64,000 bases of DNA from Parachlamydiales bacterium (GCA_041661445.1 JBAZUK010000001.1:258027-322026); one strand, 5' to 3'; positions 27,928-38,163 are shown, counted from the first letter of the stretch. Notes: generated from the sequence alone by a model not told the origin. Made by a program: numbers and translations.

Positions 27928-29703
27928 TTAGAACGCTGATCTAATTCTATTTATAGCCCTATTTATATTTGGTACTTCAAAAGGTATGCTGTAAGTGATC
28001 AAAACTTCTGTTTCTTTATCTTCAGATAAAGGTTTATTTAAATGAGACGAGATAGCTATTTTATGATTGTTTGATAGAGTATATGTGAAATCCTGCTTGA
28101 AATAATTACCTTTCCAGTTAACAGATTTTGATTTTGGAAAAGGAGTAGCTTTTCTTGTATTATCGGAAAATTCATATGCAAAAGACATACCAAAATTATT
28201 ATTTGCTCTTATTTTAAAAGCAGCGCCCAAAGCTATAGAGTCAGTAAATATTTCTTCATAGATAAGATTTCCAAGTTTTGTATAAATTGAGAAACTGTTA
28301 GAGGTGCTGGGATTATAGTTGAATGTTAATTTATAATTTCTCCAATTTCTGCCTTTATAATTCTCTGCTCGGCTTTTGTAAAGTCCGAGTTCCAAACCAT
28401 TTTCAAGAGAGAATTTTTTTATTGGATAAGATGAAGACAAGCTTACTGAATCTAATTTATATCCGTCATGTTTTGTCAAAACTTTCATTTCTCTTCTATT
28501 TATTCCTAAAGAGTTCTTTAGGCTAAAAATAGGGTAATTAAATGAAAGCTGCATATTATTGTCTCTTTTCGCCTTGCCCTTTTTTAAAGAGTTTTCCAAA
28601 TTCTTTCTTTCATAAAAATCTGATAGTTTGACTCCAAAATTGTTTTTTTCAAATTTAATAAATCCATCAATTTTAGATCTGTCAGAAACAAGCTTATTAT
28701 CTTTATCATAAAGATCGCATACGAATAGAGGATTTAAGTGCAACAGCGCTAATTTGTAAGAAAAATTATCTATTTTCCCATCCATGTTGGCGAAGTGTGC
28801 ATAGTTTCTTTTTGCCTTAGGATCTGCTGATTTTAGGTTGAGCGTACTTATGAAAGCTGATTTAACATCTAAAGAATTTGCTATGGCAGATTCGATATCT
28901 AAGTTGAGAGCTTTATTAGGATTTATAGTAGCGCGAAGTGAATAAACATGGTTGTTTTTCTTATCTGAAATTGTTGAGGGCTCTTCAAATTTGGAATATA
29001 CATAATTTGCATATAAATTAATGAAATCACTAGGTTTTATACAAACAGTTGAAGCCATATTCTCTGATTTTTCAAGGTCTTTATTTTCTGTTTTTCCAAG
29101 AAGATAAAGGGCATTAAAATCAAAACTTTCCTGTTTTAGTTTTAGAAGAGCGCCTCGTTTTTCATAAGATTTTATCGTCAAAGGAGATAAATCATATTTC
29201 GAATCTCCTAATGTAACATCTAAAGACGGGTCCATAAAATTTAAAGAAAATTTTTCAACAGAGGCTTGAAATTTATTTACTTCCTCAGTCTGCTGAAAAT
29301 AAGGAACTTTAATTAAGAAATTAATTTTTCTATCTTTATCTTTATTTAAAACATCAGTAGCTTCGGCCATAAGAAAATATTTTCCAATAGAATCCGCGCC
29401 ATCAAAGTTATAACCAAGCGTTGTTTGTATTGGAAAAGTTGCTGGTGCCCGTGTTTCTTCTAATGGATTATTTTGCAGGTTATTAATTTCGGGTATATTT
29501 AATGCAACTTCAGAAGAAGTTTCTTCATTAGATGCAACTTGTGCATTTTCTGGATTTTCTTGTAAATCTTTAGTAGATGTTTCTGCATTTTCGCTTGCAG
29601 ACTGTTCAGTGACTATTTCATCATTTTCTTTTACATTTTCTTCAGTAAAAGCAATTATTGGGAAAGATAAGACCGTTAAAATAAATATGATATTCTTTTT
29701 CAA
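27928..29703 (-). CDS. putative outer-membrane beta-barrel protein with acidic N-terminal extension
   Basis: Signal peptide 'MKKNIIFILTVLSFPIIAF'. About 70 residues rich in E, N, S and T follow, then alternating beta-strand-like sequence rich in Y, F, N and G. C-terminal '...RIRSAF' ends in Phe. No family assigned. Confidence 0.5.
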   Translation of the reverse strand: MKKNIIFILTVLSFPIIAFTEENVKENDEIVTEQSASENAETSTKDLQENPENAQVASNEETSSEVALNIPEINNLQNNPLEETRAPATFPIQTTLGYNFDGADSIGKYFLMAEATDVLNKDKDRKINFLIKVPYFQQTEEVNKFQASVEKFSLNFMDPSLDVTLGDSKYDLSPLTIKSYEKRGALLKLKQESFDFNALYLLGKTENKDLEKSENMASTVCIKPSDFINLYANYVYSKFEEPSTISDKKNNHVYSLRATINPNKALNLDIESAIANSLDVKSAFISTLNLKSADPKAKRNYAHFANMDGKIDNFSYKLALLHLNPLFVCDLYDKDNKLVSDRSKIDGFIKFEKNNFGVKLSDFYERKNLENSLKKGKAKRDNNMQLSFNYPIFSLKNSLGINRREMKVLTKHDGYKLDSVSLSSSYPIKKFSLENGLELGLYKSRAENYKGRNWRNYKLTFNYNPSTSNSFSIYTKLGNLIYEEIFTDSIALGAAFKIRANNNFGMSFAYEFSDNTRKATPFPKSKSVNWKGNYFKQDFTYTLSNNHKIAISSHLNKPLSEDKETEVLITYSIPFEVPNINRAINRIRSAF

Positions 29704-29826
29704 ACTATTTGCTTCCTTATTTTGAGATTAAAGATTGAATTTTTAACTCAAAATAATAAGCTTTTTAACATTTTGGAAAAAGAAATTTATCGAATTTCTG
29801 TTTCAGAGGAAACATTATATTTAAAA

Positions 29827-32718
29827 TTATTTTATTGCTTCGGTTTGGTAGTAACCAATTTTTTTGTAATCTAAGTCTTTTATTTCCTTATACTTAAATT
29901 CTTTTTCAATTTTTCCTTCCTGGAGGATAGCTAATCTTTTCTTGTTCTCTTTTGAAATAGTTTCCTGAACAAAAGATATAAAATCTTCATAGGACAATGC
30001 TTTCAAAGCTTCGATTCTTTTTTCCAGCCATAAAAAATCTCCTTCATATTCGAACGCTAATTTATTCAATACGGAAGACATTTCTTCAAGATTATTATAA
30101 GGATTAGAAAGAGTCTCAATTATGTTTGATTTAATGTTTTCAAATCTCTCTTTAGGGAGCAAATCTTTTATTTGACTTAGATATGTTTCTAAAAACAGTT
30201 CAAAGCGGGACAGCAAATCTAGAACATCATGAGAATTTGACTGGACGGCAAATGTCTGAAATAATCTTTTTTCTATTTCAAGATCGTTTGAAACAGCTAT
30301 ATAGGCGGTTTTCTGTTCAGAACGCAGCTCGGTAAAAAAAGCTTCTCTTATTGCTTGGGCCAATATATTTTGGCAGGCCCTGTTCTTAAAAGAAAAACTT
30401 CCTTGGTCAATAGCTAAAATAACACCATTTCCCAGCTGAGGAATTTTCTGGTGGATAAAGTAAGGTCCGCTATCATCAGAAATTACAAAAATCTGATTTT
30501 TATAATGATCTTTAGGACTGAAAGAATTTTTGCATAAAACATCTTTGATATCAAACCATACGCTTTCAGTGTCTTTCAGGTTTATATTTCCAGATAAAAA
30601 TCCTTCAACGTATGTGTTTTTAAAGAGATTCTGTTTAAATTCTATGAAATCTTTATAAGTTATGTTTTTGATGGCCTTAAGTTTTTCTGAGGGGATAGAA
30701 GATGATTCAGTTAAAATGTAGGATAAATAATTCTTAGCTTGGGAAATAGGTAAGACTTTCTGTTCATTTTCATAGTCCTTATTAATTGAACTGTAATAAA
30801 TTTCAAAAAGATCTTTGGAGATATCCAGGCTGTTTATTGTCTTTAAAATTTCTTCCAGCAGAAGAGGTGCTTTTTCAGAAAAACCAAAAATTTCTATCTT
30901 AAAAGTGTTTTTATCTGAAGATATTTTTGAATTTAATCCAGCTGCCTGTGCCGAATAGAAAATTGGAGCTAAATTTTCATTTAGGGATTTTATATAGATG
31001 TCTTTTAGAACAATTGATTTCAAGTCATTATCAAAAGCTTTATCTTTGATCTTAAAATGCCAGGAAATTTGCGGAGTTTCGTATTTATCATCTTTTAAAT
31101 AATAAATTTTTCCAAAATCATCATTTACCACAATAGCTGGATTTTTTTCATCGGAGTCACTGTCTTTGCTGGCAACAATTTGTAAATTAGTTGGAATGAA
31201 AAGATTTGGACTCGGCAATCTGATGTCCTGATTCAGTTTTCCTTTAGCAAGATTTGCCAATAAATCCTTATTAAGCTCTTTAATAGTATATTCAGCATCA
31301 GTCCATTTTTCTTTTCTGTCAGTTGCAACCTTCGTTTTTTCAGGATCGGCAATTAGAAAAAACTGACAGTTAGAATAAGTTAAAGTACTAAGGATGTCTA
31401 AAATTGTTTTTGGATTATATCTGGTAGCTAAAATTGTCTTTTGTGGATAAGTGGAAATATCCTCGTCTAGAAGGTTATAGCTATGGGTGCAGACAAATTC
31501 AAAAGGATCTTCATGGGCCTGATATTGATAATTGAGCCTTTCCATGGACTGCATTTCATTAAATAAATATGAAGGGATATTTGTGGATTTTAAATTATTC
31601 AGAGATTCAAAACATCTACTGATAACTTCATTAACTTTTTTTATCCCTAGGTCTGTAAGTTTAACGGAAATTGAAAATATACTGTTTTGGCATCCCATTT
31701 TTTCAAAAGAGATATTAACATCTTCTGCAAGATGTTCACTTTTGAGAACTTCAAGAAGAGAATTCTTTTGTCCTCTTTTTAAAGTATAGGCTATTAGTTT
31801 TGAAGATTTTGTATCATCATTTGAAAATTTGCCATTAAGCTCCCATTCCAAATCAAGTATCTGCAGATTTGAAATCGGCTTGACATAAACGATTTTACCC
31901 AGATTGTTTTTAGAAAAAAGATTTTCTTTTATGTTCTGCTGGTCTTTTCCTATGTTGGGAATTTGAGAAAATTTTTCAGTGACCATTTTGATCATTTCAT
32001 CAATTTCTAGATTGGAATAGACTGTTAAAGCCATCAAATTAGCACTATAATTGCTTTGAAACCATTTTCTTAATTCAGATGGTGGGATGGATCCTAATGT
32101 TTTAGCATTTCCTGTGGAGAATTTTGCATTAGGATGAGAGGGATTTCCGATTTCTTTGGAAATTGAGTAAACCCTGCGATAATCATTTTCCAGATTTTTA
32201 GAGTGTTCCTGGTCAACTGCATAAAGTTCTTTTGCGATATGCGAGGTTTCCATTAAAGGATCTTTAAAAAAATGAGATAATCTGTCTAAAGCTTCATCAA
32301 AAGCTTTGTGATTTATCGAAAACATATATACAGTTCTGTCAGGAGCTGTAAAAGCATTTGGCGTGCCGCTATTGTCCATTATAAATTTAAAATAATCAGA
32401 TTCCTTAGGATATTTTTTTGAACCTTTAAAAAGCATATGTTCGCAAAAATGCGCCATGCCAGGATATTCTTTCGGATCATCCCAGGAGCCGGCTAATACT
32501 GATATTGCCGCTGCAGATTGTTCAGCCTTTTTATCAGATATAAGATATACTTTTAAACCGTTGGAAAGTCTAAGTTTTAAAAATTTTCGATCTTTCAGGG
32601 AAGGGTTCAATATTGTAAGATCTGACTGATCTTCAATAATTTGATATTGCTTTTCCTGGGCAGATATGCTGAAAACTGAAAATGTGAATAATAAAAAATA
32701 TGTTAAAAAAAATTTCAC
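29827..32718 (-). CDS. ptr: M16 family (insulinase/pitrilysin-like) zinc metalloprotease, secreted
   Basis: Inverted zinc motif HxxEH in 'GMAHFCEHMLFKGS'. 963 aa, signal peptide, GTG start. Confidence 0.88.
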   Translation of the reverse strand: MKFFLTYFLLFTFSVFSISAQEKQYQIIEDQSDLTILNPSLKDRKFLKLRLSNGLKVYLISDKKAEQSAAAISVLAGSWDDPKEYPGMAHFCEHMLFKGSKKYPKESDYFKFIMDNSGTPNAFTAPDRTVYMFSINHKAFDEALDRLSHFFKDPLMETSHIAKELYAVDQEHSKNLENDYRRVYSISKEIGNPSHPNAKFSTGNAKTLGSIPPSELRKWFQSNYSANLMALTVYSNLEIDEMIKMVTEKFSQIPNIGKDQQNIKENLFSKNNLGKIVYVKPISNLQILDLEWELNGKFSNDDTKSSKLIAYTLKRGQKNSLLEVLKSEHLAEDVNISFEKMGCQNSIFSISVKLTDLGIKKVNEVISRCFESLNNLKSTNIPSYLFNEMQSMERLNYQYQAHEDPFEFVCTHSYNLLDEDISTYPQKTILATRYNPKTILDILSTLTYSNCQFFLIADPEKTKVATDRKEKWTDAEYTIKELNKDLLANLAKGKLNQDIRLPSPNLFIPTNLQIVASKDSDSDEKNPAIVVNDDFGKIYYLKDDKYETPQISWHFKIKDKAFDNDLKSIVLKDIYIKSLNENLAPIFYSAQAAGLNSKISSDKNTFKIEIFGFSEKAPLLLEEILKTINSLDISKDLFEIYYSSINKDYENEQKVLPISQAKNYLSYILTESSSIPSEKLKAIKNITYKDFIEFKQNLFKNTYVEGFLSGNINLKDTESVWFDIKDVLCKNSFSPKDHYKNQIFVISDDSGPYFIHQKIPQLGNGVILAIDQGSFSFKNRACQNILAQAIREAFFTELRSEQKTAYIAVSNDLEIEKRLFQTFAVQSNSHDVLDLLSRFELFLETYLSQIKDLLPKERFENIKSNIIETLSNPYNNLEEMSSVLNKLAFEYEGDFLWLEKRIEALKALSYEDFISFVQETISKENKKRLAILQEGKIEKEFKYKEIKDLDYKKIGYYQTEAIK

Positions 32719-32721
32719 GGC

Positions 32722-33750
32722 TTATTTTTCCTTACTAATTCTTGCATATTCTTCTTTTACAATATTATGAATATATTTTGCTCTATTTTTTCTTTTATTT
32801 ATTTTGTTCGCATCTTCTGATCCAGGGACATTGTCCATGTCTATTTCTTCTAAGAAACTTAGTGCAATAAATCCTCTGTTGACCTCTCTTTTTTCACCCA
32901 TTTCGATTTGAATTTTTTCCGGAGGCGGCAGGATATCATAAGTTGATAATGCAAGAGGAAAGAAATGAGACTTGTTTTTTGATTTTTTACACATCAAATA
33001 AAACATTTCCAAGCTTTGGGGATCAAATGGTGCAACTTCAATTATTCCTTTTTCATTTTTTCTGTCTCTACCCCCGCTAGGTGCAACATAAATTGTTTTA
33101 CCTCCCTGCGATAAAAGACTGCTCATTAAAGACATAACTTTTTTGTTGTGAATTTGTTTTTTGTGTTTTAAAGAAAGGTCAATATCAATATATCTTTTAG
33201 AGTAAATGCATAACAGATTGCATCCCATGCTGAAAGGAATTGCAAGAAAATCATTCGTGACTCTATCTCCTGCAACATAAATGACATCTTTTGCTATATC
33301 ATAATACTTTTCTTCAAGCATTATATAAATTAGCATTGGGTCAACCTCGGATTGATGGTTAGCCAATAAAATTACGTTTTCTTTGTTTTCTATATATTTT
33401 TTAATTTTTTCCAAATTGTTAAGACCATACAGTTTTGATTTTTCTAAATCTACTAAAGGTTTTAAAAAATCAATGGAAAATTTTTGATAATTGAAGGGGT
33501 GCGTAATTTTTTGATGGAAAGGTAAAAATTTAAAAGGGGAGGCGATCTCCTTGAACAAAAGGTCTATCAAAGTATCAAAAATTGAGTCAAGATCATCTTG
33601 GGAGATTAGCTCTTTGGTAGCATTTTTATAACTAAAATAAAAATCCGATAAATTATCAAAATACTTCTTGGATATTTTTTTTTCTTCAAAAAGATTTTGA
33701 AGTCTTTTAATAAAATTACTGTTAGACATTGATTTTTTTCCCATCAACAA
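32722..33750 (-). CDS. plsB: glycerol-3-phosphate acyltransferase, plant plastid ATS1-like (chlamydial PlsB type)
   Basis: Acyltransferase H(x)4D motif 'NHQSEVDP' plus 'YVAPSGGRDR'. The true start is probably the ATG at 33744 or 33729; the latter overlaps the rng stop as ATGTCTAA. Confidence 0.8.
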   Translation of the reverse strand: MLMGKKSMSNSNFIKRLQNLFEEKKISKKYFDNLSDFYFSYKNATKELISQDDLDSIFDTLIDLLFKEIASPFKFLPFHQKITHPFNYQKFSIDFLKPLVDLEKSKLYGLNNLEKIKKYIENKENVILLANHQSEVDPMLIYIMLEEKYYDIAKDVIYVAGDRVTNDFLAIPFSMGCNLLCIYSKRYIDIDLSLKHKKQIHNKKVMSLMSSLLSQGGKTIYVAPSGGRDRKNEKGIIEVAPFDPQSLEMFYLMCKKSKNKSHFFPLALSTYDILPPPEKIQIEMGEKREVNRGFIALSFLEEIDMDNVPGSEDANKINKRKNRAKYIHNIVKEEYARISKEK

Positions 33751-35245
33751 AAAAATGAAAATCGTTTAAATGCAATGTGTCTTTAATTTTAAATTCCAAT
33801 AAGCACTTGGCATTGGATGCAAGTTTAAAAAAATATTCCTTGTCAGTCATTTTTAAATAATTATCAACGTCTGGGTGAGTTGTGATTTTAATATCCTTAT
33901 TTTGAGAGTTGTGCAGCTCTTTTTTTAAGGCTCTTTCGATTTCTATAGAAGTTGATTCGAAGTTTTTGATATTACCATTCCCTGAGCAGTAAGGACATGG
34001 ATCAAAAATGGTCTGAATTAAGGATTCTCTTGATCTCTGTCTTGTCATTTCGATTAATCCGAATTCGCTCATTCCAAGGATAGTGCATTTGACAGGATCA
34101 TCTTTCATGCATTCTTTGAGTTTTTCTAAAATTCTTCTCTGGTTTTTTCTAAGTCTCATGTCAATAAAGTCGCAAATAATCAAACCGCCGACGTTTCTAA
34201 GTCTTAGCTGTCTTGAAATTTCTTCAACTGCTTCAAGATTTATTCTTACTAAAGTTTCTTCAACATCTTTAACCTGTTCAGAAGAGCTTCTGCCGGAATT
34301 TACATCGATTGTGTACATCGCCTCAGTTTTGTCAAAATAAAGATAGCCGCCGGATGGAAGCCATACTTTTCTTTTAAGGGCTTTCTCAATTTCTCTTTCA
34401 ACATTGTTTTTCTCAAAAAGCGGGGTCCTTTCTTTGTAATGCTCGATAATCAATTTGTGTTCTTTTTCATAATTCTTATATAAGTTTAAACATTTTTGAT
34501 AAGCGGAAAAATCATCAACGATGATTTTATCATATTTTTTATCAATTGCTGTAAGTATTGCCTTTTTTAATAAGGTCCATTCTTCAAATAAAAGCTTTGG
34601 TCCTTTGGCTGCATGGAATTTATTTACAATATCTTCCCAAACTTTTAATAGCTCATTAGCTTCATCGATCAGCATATCAGTAGTAGCGTTTGCGCTTGCG
34701 GTCCTGCAAATCAGTCCCATGTCTTTAGGCATTTCAAATGATTTAATTAATTTTTTTAATTTATCTCTTAAAACTTTGTTTTCAATTTTTCTGGAAACGC
34801 CTTTATGTGAGGTATTTGTTAGAAGAACCAAATATCTTCCGGGTATAGAAAGGTTTGAAGTTAATCTTGCTCCTTTAGTGCCGATTGATTCTTTTACTAC
34901 CTGCACTAATACAGGCTGATCAATTTTTAATAAATCGGAAATATTTCCTTTTGGTTTTTTTTCTTCATTTTCATCTTCAATGTCAAAGTCCATATCAAAC
35001 ATTTCTTCGAACTTCTTTTTGTTTTCAAGAATGTCATTGATATGAATAAAGCCGTTTTCTTTTTCTGCAATATCAATAAATGCTGACTGGATGTTATGCA
35101 AAATGTTTTTAACCTGGCCTCTATAAATATTTCCGGTGATCTGTCTTGTTTTTTTTCTTTCTATAATTAAATCCTGGAGAATGCCAAAACGCATGTATGC
35201 ATATCGAATTTCTTTTGATTCGACGTTAATTAGAATTTCTTTCAT
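33722..35245 (-). CDS. rng: ribonuclease G/E family endoribonuclease
   Basis: S1 domain 'GNIYRGQVKNILHNIQSAFIDI', 'YTIDVNSGR', 'IICDFIDM' and the zinc-link-like 'CPYCSGNG'. Confidence 0.88.
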   Translation of the reverse strand: MKEILINVESKEIRYAYMRFGILQDLIIERKKTRQITGNIYRGQVKNILHNIQSAFIDIAEKENGFIHINDILENKKKFEEMFDMDFDIEDENEEKKPKGNISDLLKIDQPVLVQVVKESIGTKGARLTSNLSIPGRYLVLLTNTSHKGVSRKIENKVLRDKLKKLIKSFEMPKDMGLICRTASANATTDMLIDEANELLKVWEDIVNKFHAAKGPKLLFEEWTLLKKAILTAIDKKYDKIIVDDFSAYQKCLNLYKNYEKEHKLIIEHYKERTPLFEKNNVEREIEKALKRKVWLPSGGYLYFDKTEAMYTIDVNSGRSSSEQVKDVEETLVRINLEAVEEISRQLRLRNVGGLIICDFIDMRLRKNQRRILEKLKECMKDDPVKCTILGMSEFGLIEMTRQRSRESLIQTIFDPCPYCSGNGNIKNFESTSIEIERALKKELHNSQNKDIKITTHPDVDNYLKMTDKEYFFKLASNAKCLLEFKIKDTLHLNDFHFFVDGKKINV

Positions 35246-35314
35246 TGTTACACCACTATATCTCTTTTATAAAATAATAATTGAAATCGAAAACTTTTAC
35301 CAGTTTAAAAAAAA

Positions 35315-36325
35315 TTATTGAAGATAAGATTTAATTGATAAAATTATATTGTTTTTTACAAACTCATGCGTTTCGATAATTGCACTTATTATTCCTTTTA
35401 TCGAAGAATAACCATGACATTTGATTACAATTTTATCCAATCCTACAAGAATGGCGCCTGGATATTCGCCAAAATACAATCTTTTTTTTAGGTTTTGCAA
35501 GATGTTAAAAATCTCTTCCCGTTTTTCTTCCTTTGCAATGTTCTGATAGATTTTATCTAAAACAAAACTAGCCAGTCCTTCAGATGTTTTTAAAAATACA
35601 TTCCCTGTAAAACCATCGGTTACAATAACGTCCGCATTTCCTTCAAAAACTTCTTTACCTTCAACATTTCCGACAAAATTAAAAAAATCATCAAATTTTG
35701 TTAGTTGGCTATATGCATTTTGATGATGAGAGGTGCCTTTCTGCTGTTCTGTCCCAATATTTAAAATTCCAACCTTAGGCTTATTAATATTTAAAGATTT
35801 TTGAAATGCAGCGCCTAACATTGCATATTGCACGAGGTTATCGGCATCAAAAGAAATATTTGCCCCGACGTCTAAGATTGCCGTTAAATTTTTTTTTGTG
35901 GGGATTAAGGCCAGCAGCGCAGGTCTTGAAATGGATTTCAATTTATTTAATATTACATTTGCCCCTGTTGTCAAAGCGCCGGTATTGCCGCATGAGATGA
36001 AAGCATCAATTTTGTTGTCTTTTAGATATCTTAAGCCTTCAAAAATAGTAGATTTTTTTTTTCTTCTAATAGCTAAAAGAGGATTTTCATCCATCGAAAT
36101 AGAATGTTCTGTATAAACAACATCTAAGGAAATATTGTTTTCTTTTTCAATATCAGTAAATTTTGAACTCAGATCATTTGTGGCAAAAAAAACAAAATTT
36201 ATATTTTCAGAATAATTATTTTTAAAATTTATAATGCTTCTTAAAATTTCATCGGGTTTATTTTCGCCACCCATTAGATCTATGCCAATATGAATTGGCA
36301 ATTCATTATTTTTCTGATTGTTCAT
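35315..36325 (-). CDS. plsX: phosphate acyltransferase PlsX
   Basis: 'IGIDLMGGEN', 'ISCGNTGAL', 'DGFTGNVFLKT' and 'VIKCHGYSS'. Lies downstream of rpmF, as in most bacteria. Confidence 0.9.
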   Translation of the reverse strand: MNNQKNNELPIHIGIDLMGGENKPDEILRSIINFKNNYSENINFVFFATNDLSSKFTDIEKENNISLDVVYTEHSISMDENPLLAIRRKKKSTIFEGLRYLKDNKIDAFISCGNTGALTTGANVILNKLKSISRPALLALIPTKKNLTAILDVGANISFDADNLVQYAMLGAAFQKSLNINKPKVGILNIGTEQQKGTSHHQNAYSQLTKFDDFFNFVGNVEGKEVFEGNADVIVTDGFTGNVFLKTSEGLASFVLDKIYQNIAKEEKREEIFNILQNLKKRLYFGEYPGAILVGLDKIVIKCHGYSSIKGIISAIIETHEFVKNNIILSIKSYLQ

Positions 36326-36494
36326 TAGTTATTATTGCTCTGTTTGAATAAAAACCGCATTCTGGACAAACTCTGTGAGGCATTTTAGGTTTTCCGCAAT
36401 TTGAACATTTTGAAAAGCACTTTGCTTTTAGGGCGCTATGTGCGGATCTTGAACCTTTCTTAGCATTAGATGTTCTGTTTCTTGGTACTGCCAT
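36306..36494 (-). CDS. rpmF: 50S ribosomal protein L32
   Basis: 'MAVPRNRTSNAKKGSRSAHSALK' with a CxxC...CxxC zinc ribbon ('CSNCG', 'CPECG'). Confidence 0.92.
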   Translation of the reverse strand: MAVPRNRTSNAKKGSRSAHSALKAKCFSKCSNCGKPKMPHRVCPECGFYSNRAIITNEQSEK

Positions 36495-36495
36495 T

Positions 36496-36939
36496 TTACT
36501 TCTCCTTTAAATTTGCAAATGGAAAATTTTGATTTTTTTGATTCAAAAAATTATTTAAGCTCTGTCTTTTTGAACATTTATCTTTACATTCTACATAAGA
36601 TGGGATTTCTAAAAAACAAGCATTTCTTACTTCTTGTTTGAAATCATAAGAATTATCAATGTTAGAAAGCTTTTCAGTGATATAAAAATTTTTAATAATA
36701 ATTTCTTTTTCGAACAATTCATTGCAAAAACTGCAAGGCAATGAAACGTAAAATTTTATGTCTAAATTAATAATCAAAGTATCTTCAGTAAGATAAGCTT
36801 TGCCTTCGATAAGAATTGGTTTAGTGAAAATCAAGTCTTTTTCATTAATCAACTCTAATGCTTCAGCTTCAATCTTTTCATTGATCGACATAGAATTGTT
36901 TTTTAAAAATTCTATATTAATTTCTGTTCTGCCGGACAT
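36496..36939 (-). CDS. yceD: YceD/DUF177 family protein (large-subunit rRNA accumulation protein)
   Basis: Lies immediately upstream of rpmF (conserved pairing). Has 'LPCSFCNELF' and 'VECKDKC' cysteine pairs typical of DUF177. Confidence 0.7.
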   Translation of the reverse strand: MSGRTEINIEFLKNNSMSINEKIEAEALELINEKDLIFTKPILIEGKAYLTEDTLIINLDIKFYVSLPCSFCNELFEKEIIIKNFYITEKLSNIDNSYDFKQEVRNACFLEIPSYVECKDKCSKRQSLNNFLNQKNQNFPFANLKEK

Positions 36940-37163
36940 TTAAAATTCCAATTATTTGTTAAATAAGTTTATAACTTTAAGCATTTTAATAACAATAAAT
37001 TTCATTTCTCGATTGAAAGATTATTAATTTTAAATATCCTTATAACAAAATTTGCATAATTTATTTGACACTCTTTTAAATTATTAATTAAAAACAACCC
37101 GTTCTAAGAAAAATTTAACTGTCTGTTTTCTAATTATAAAATTCGGGATCTGATTCAAGGTCT

Positions 37164-37204
37164 AAAAACAAAAACCTAAAAAAATATTTTAGGTTTTTGT
37201 TTTT
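37164..37204 (-). terminator. long AT-rich perfect hairpin (18-bp arms), putative bidirectional terminator
   Basis: AAAAACAAAAACCTAAAA-AAATA-TTTTAGGTTTTTGTTTTT, 18 nt downstream of the 37222-37854 gene stop. Confidence 0.5.
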
Positions 37205-37221
37205 TTTTATCAGCTGTTTTT

Positions 37222-37854
37222 TTAGATTACCATATGAGCATCTTTTACAGGTGTGAATACTTTTTTTACAGGTGTGAATACCTTTTCTTTTATTTCGTTA
37301 ATTATTGGCAGACTTTTTAGTTCTAAAGGGACCCATACTTTTTCTTTTAATGAAACGTAGCTGATTCCAAGTAGGTGGATTCCGATACCTGATAGCAACC
37401 CTCTGTTTCCGCCAACGATTGCCAATGCGGCGGTAGTTGTTAGAATATAACCTGCTAAATAGGTGTAAACAATATTTTTATCAGCAACAGCCAAATTGAA
37501 TGTGTCAGATGTGACTTTTGGGATCTCTATAAGCAGAGAAGCGCCTAAAGTAATTCCCTCGTAAAATGATTTTACAAATGAAACTGTTTTTTGAAAAGTG
37601 GTTGGTTTTTCTGCAGGTATTACTGCAGGTGTGCTTTTAGATGGTTCTGTTTTTGGTGCATTAGATCGATGAATCATTTTATGTGCGATAGCACATAAAT
37701 CAAATCCAGCTGTAATTAGGAAAATTGATCCAAGTGTAAAGATAATTAGCGCAACTTTTCCAATTTTTTTTAAAATTGAGTCAGCCTGCTTGGGTAATAT
37801 ACTTTTAGTGTAATCAAAACTTAATAAATTACTTGAGATATTTTTAACGCTCAT
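37222..37854 (-). CDS. hypothetical polytopic membrane protein (Inc-like candidate)
   Basis: Hydrophobic segments 'VALIIFTLGSIFLITAGFDLCAI', 'YLAGYILTTTAALAIVG' and 'LLSGIGIHLLGISYV'. C-terminal duplicated heptad 'KVFTPVKKVFTPVK'. GGAGG SD. Confidence 0.5.
   Translation of the reverse strand: MSVKNISSNLLSFDYTKSILPKQADSILKKIGKVALIIFTLGSIFLITAGFDLCAIAHKMIHRSNAPKTEPSKSTPAVIPAEKPTTFQKTVSFVKSFYEGITLGASLLIEIPKVTSDTFNLAVADKNIVYTYLAGYILTTTAALAIVGGNRGLLSGIGIHLLGISYVSLKEKVWVPLELKSLPIINEIKEKVFTPVKKVFTPVKDAHMVI
37243..37284. repeat. 21-bp in-frame tandem duplication at the 3' end of the 37222-37854 gene
   Basis: TACAGGTGTGAATAC occurs at 37246-37260 and again at 37267-37281, an offset of 21 nt. It encodes KVFTPVK twice. 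Confidence 0.85.
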
Positions 37855-38163
37855 ATAGCCTCCTGCTAGTAAAATATGAAAGTTTTAAACTACGTAAACT
37901 TTTTTTTCAATAATTTTCTTTTAATTTAAAGAAATAATGATAGAAAATGATAATTTTAATTTATTTTTATCAATTAAATATTTTATTTGATAATAAAAAC
38001 AATAAATTAATTTATTTTTTTAGTAATAAAAGAAATCTATTTCCCTGTTTTTCAAAATTTTCATAAAATATTATCTAGTGTGAATATTTTTAAAGATGTT
38101 TAGAGGCGTGTATCAGGAAAAAAAACTTTTTAGGATTCAGCATAATACATTGAGCCCATTTCT

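Noticed and set aside
27928-29703. Considered whether the 591-aa outer-membrane-like protein is the missing TpsB partner of the tpsA at 46674.
   Set aside because: It lies 17 kb away with unrelated genes in between. Its N-terminal region is acidic low-complexity rather than POTRA-like, and I recognise no FhaC/ShlB motifs. This cannot be fully excluded without an HMM search.
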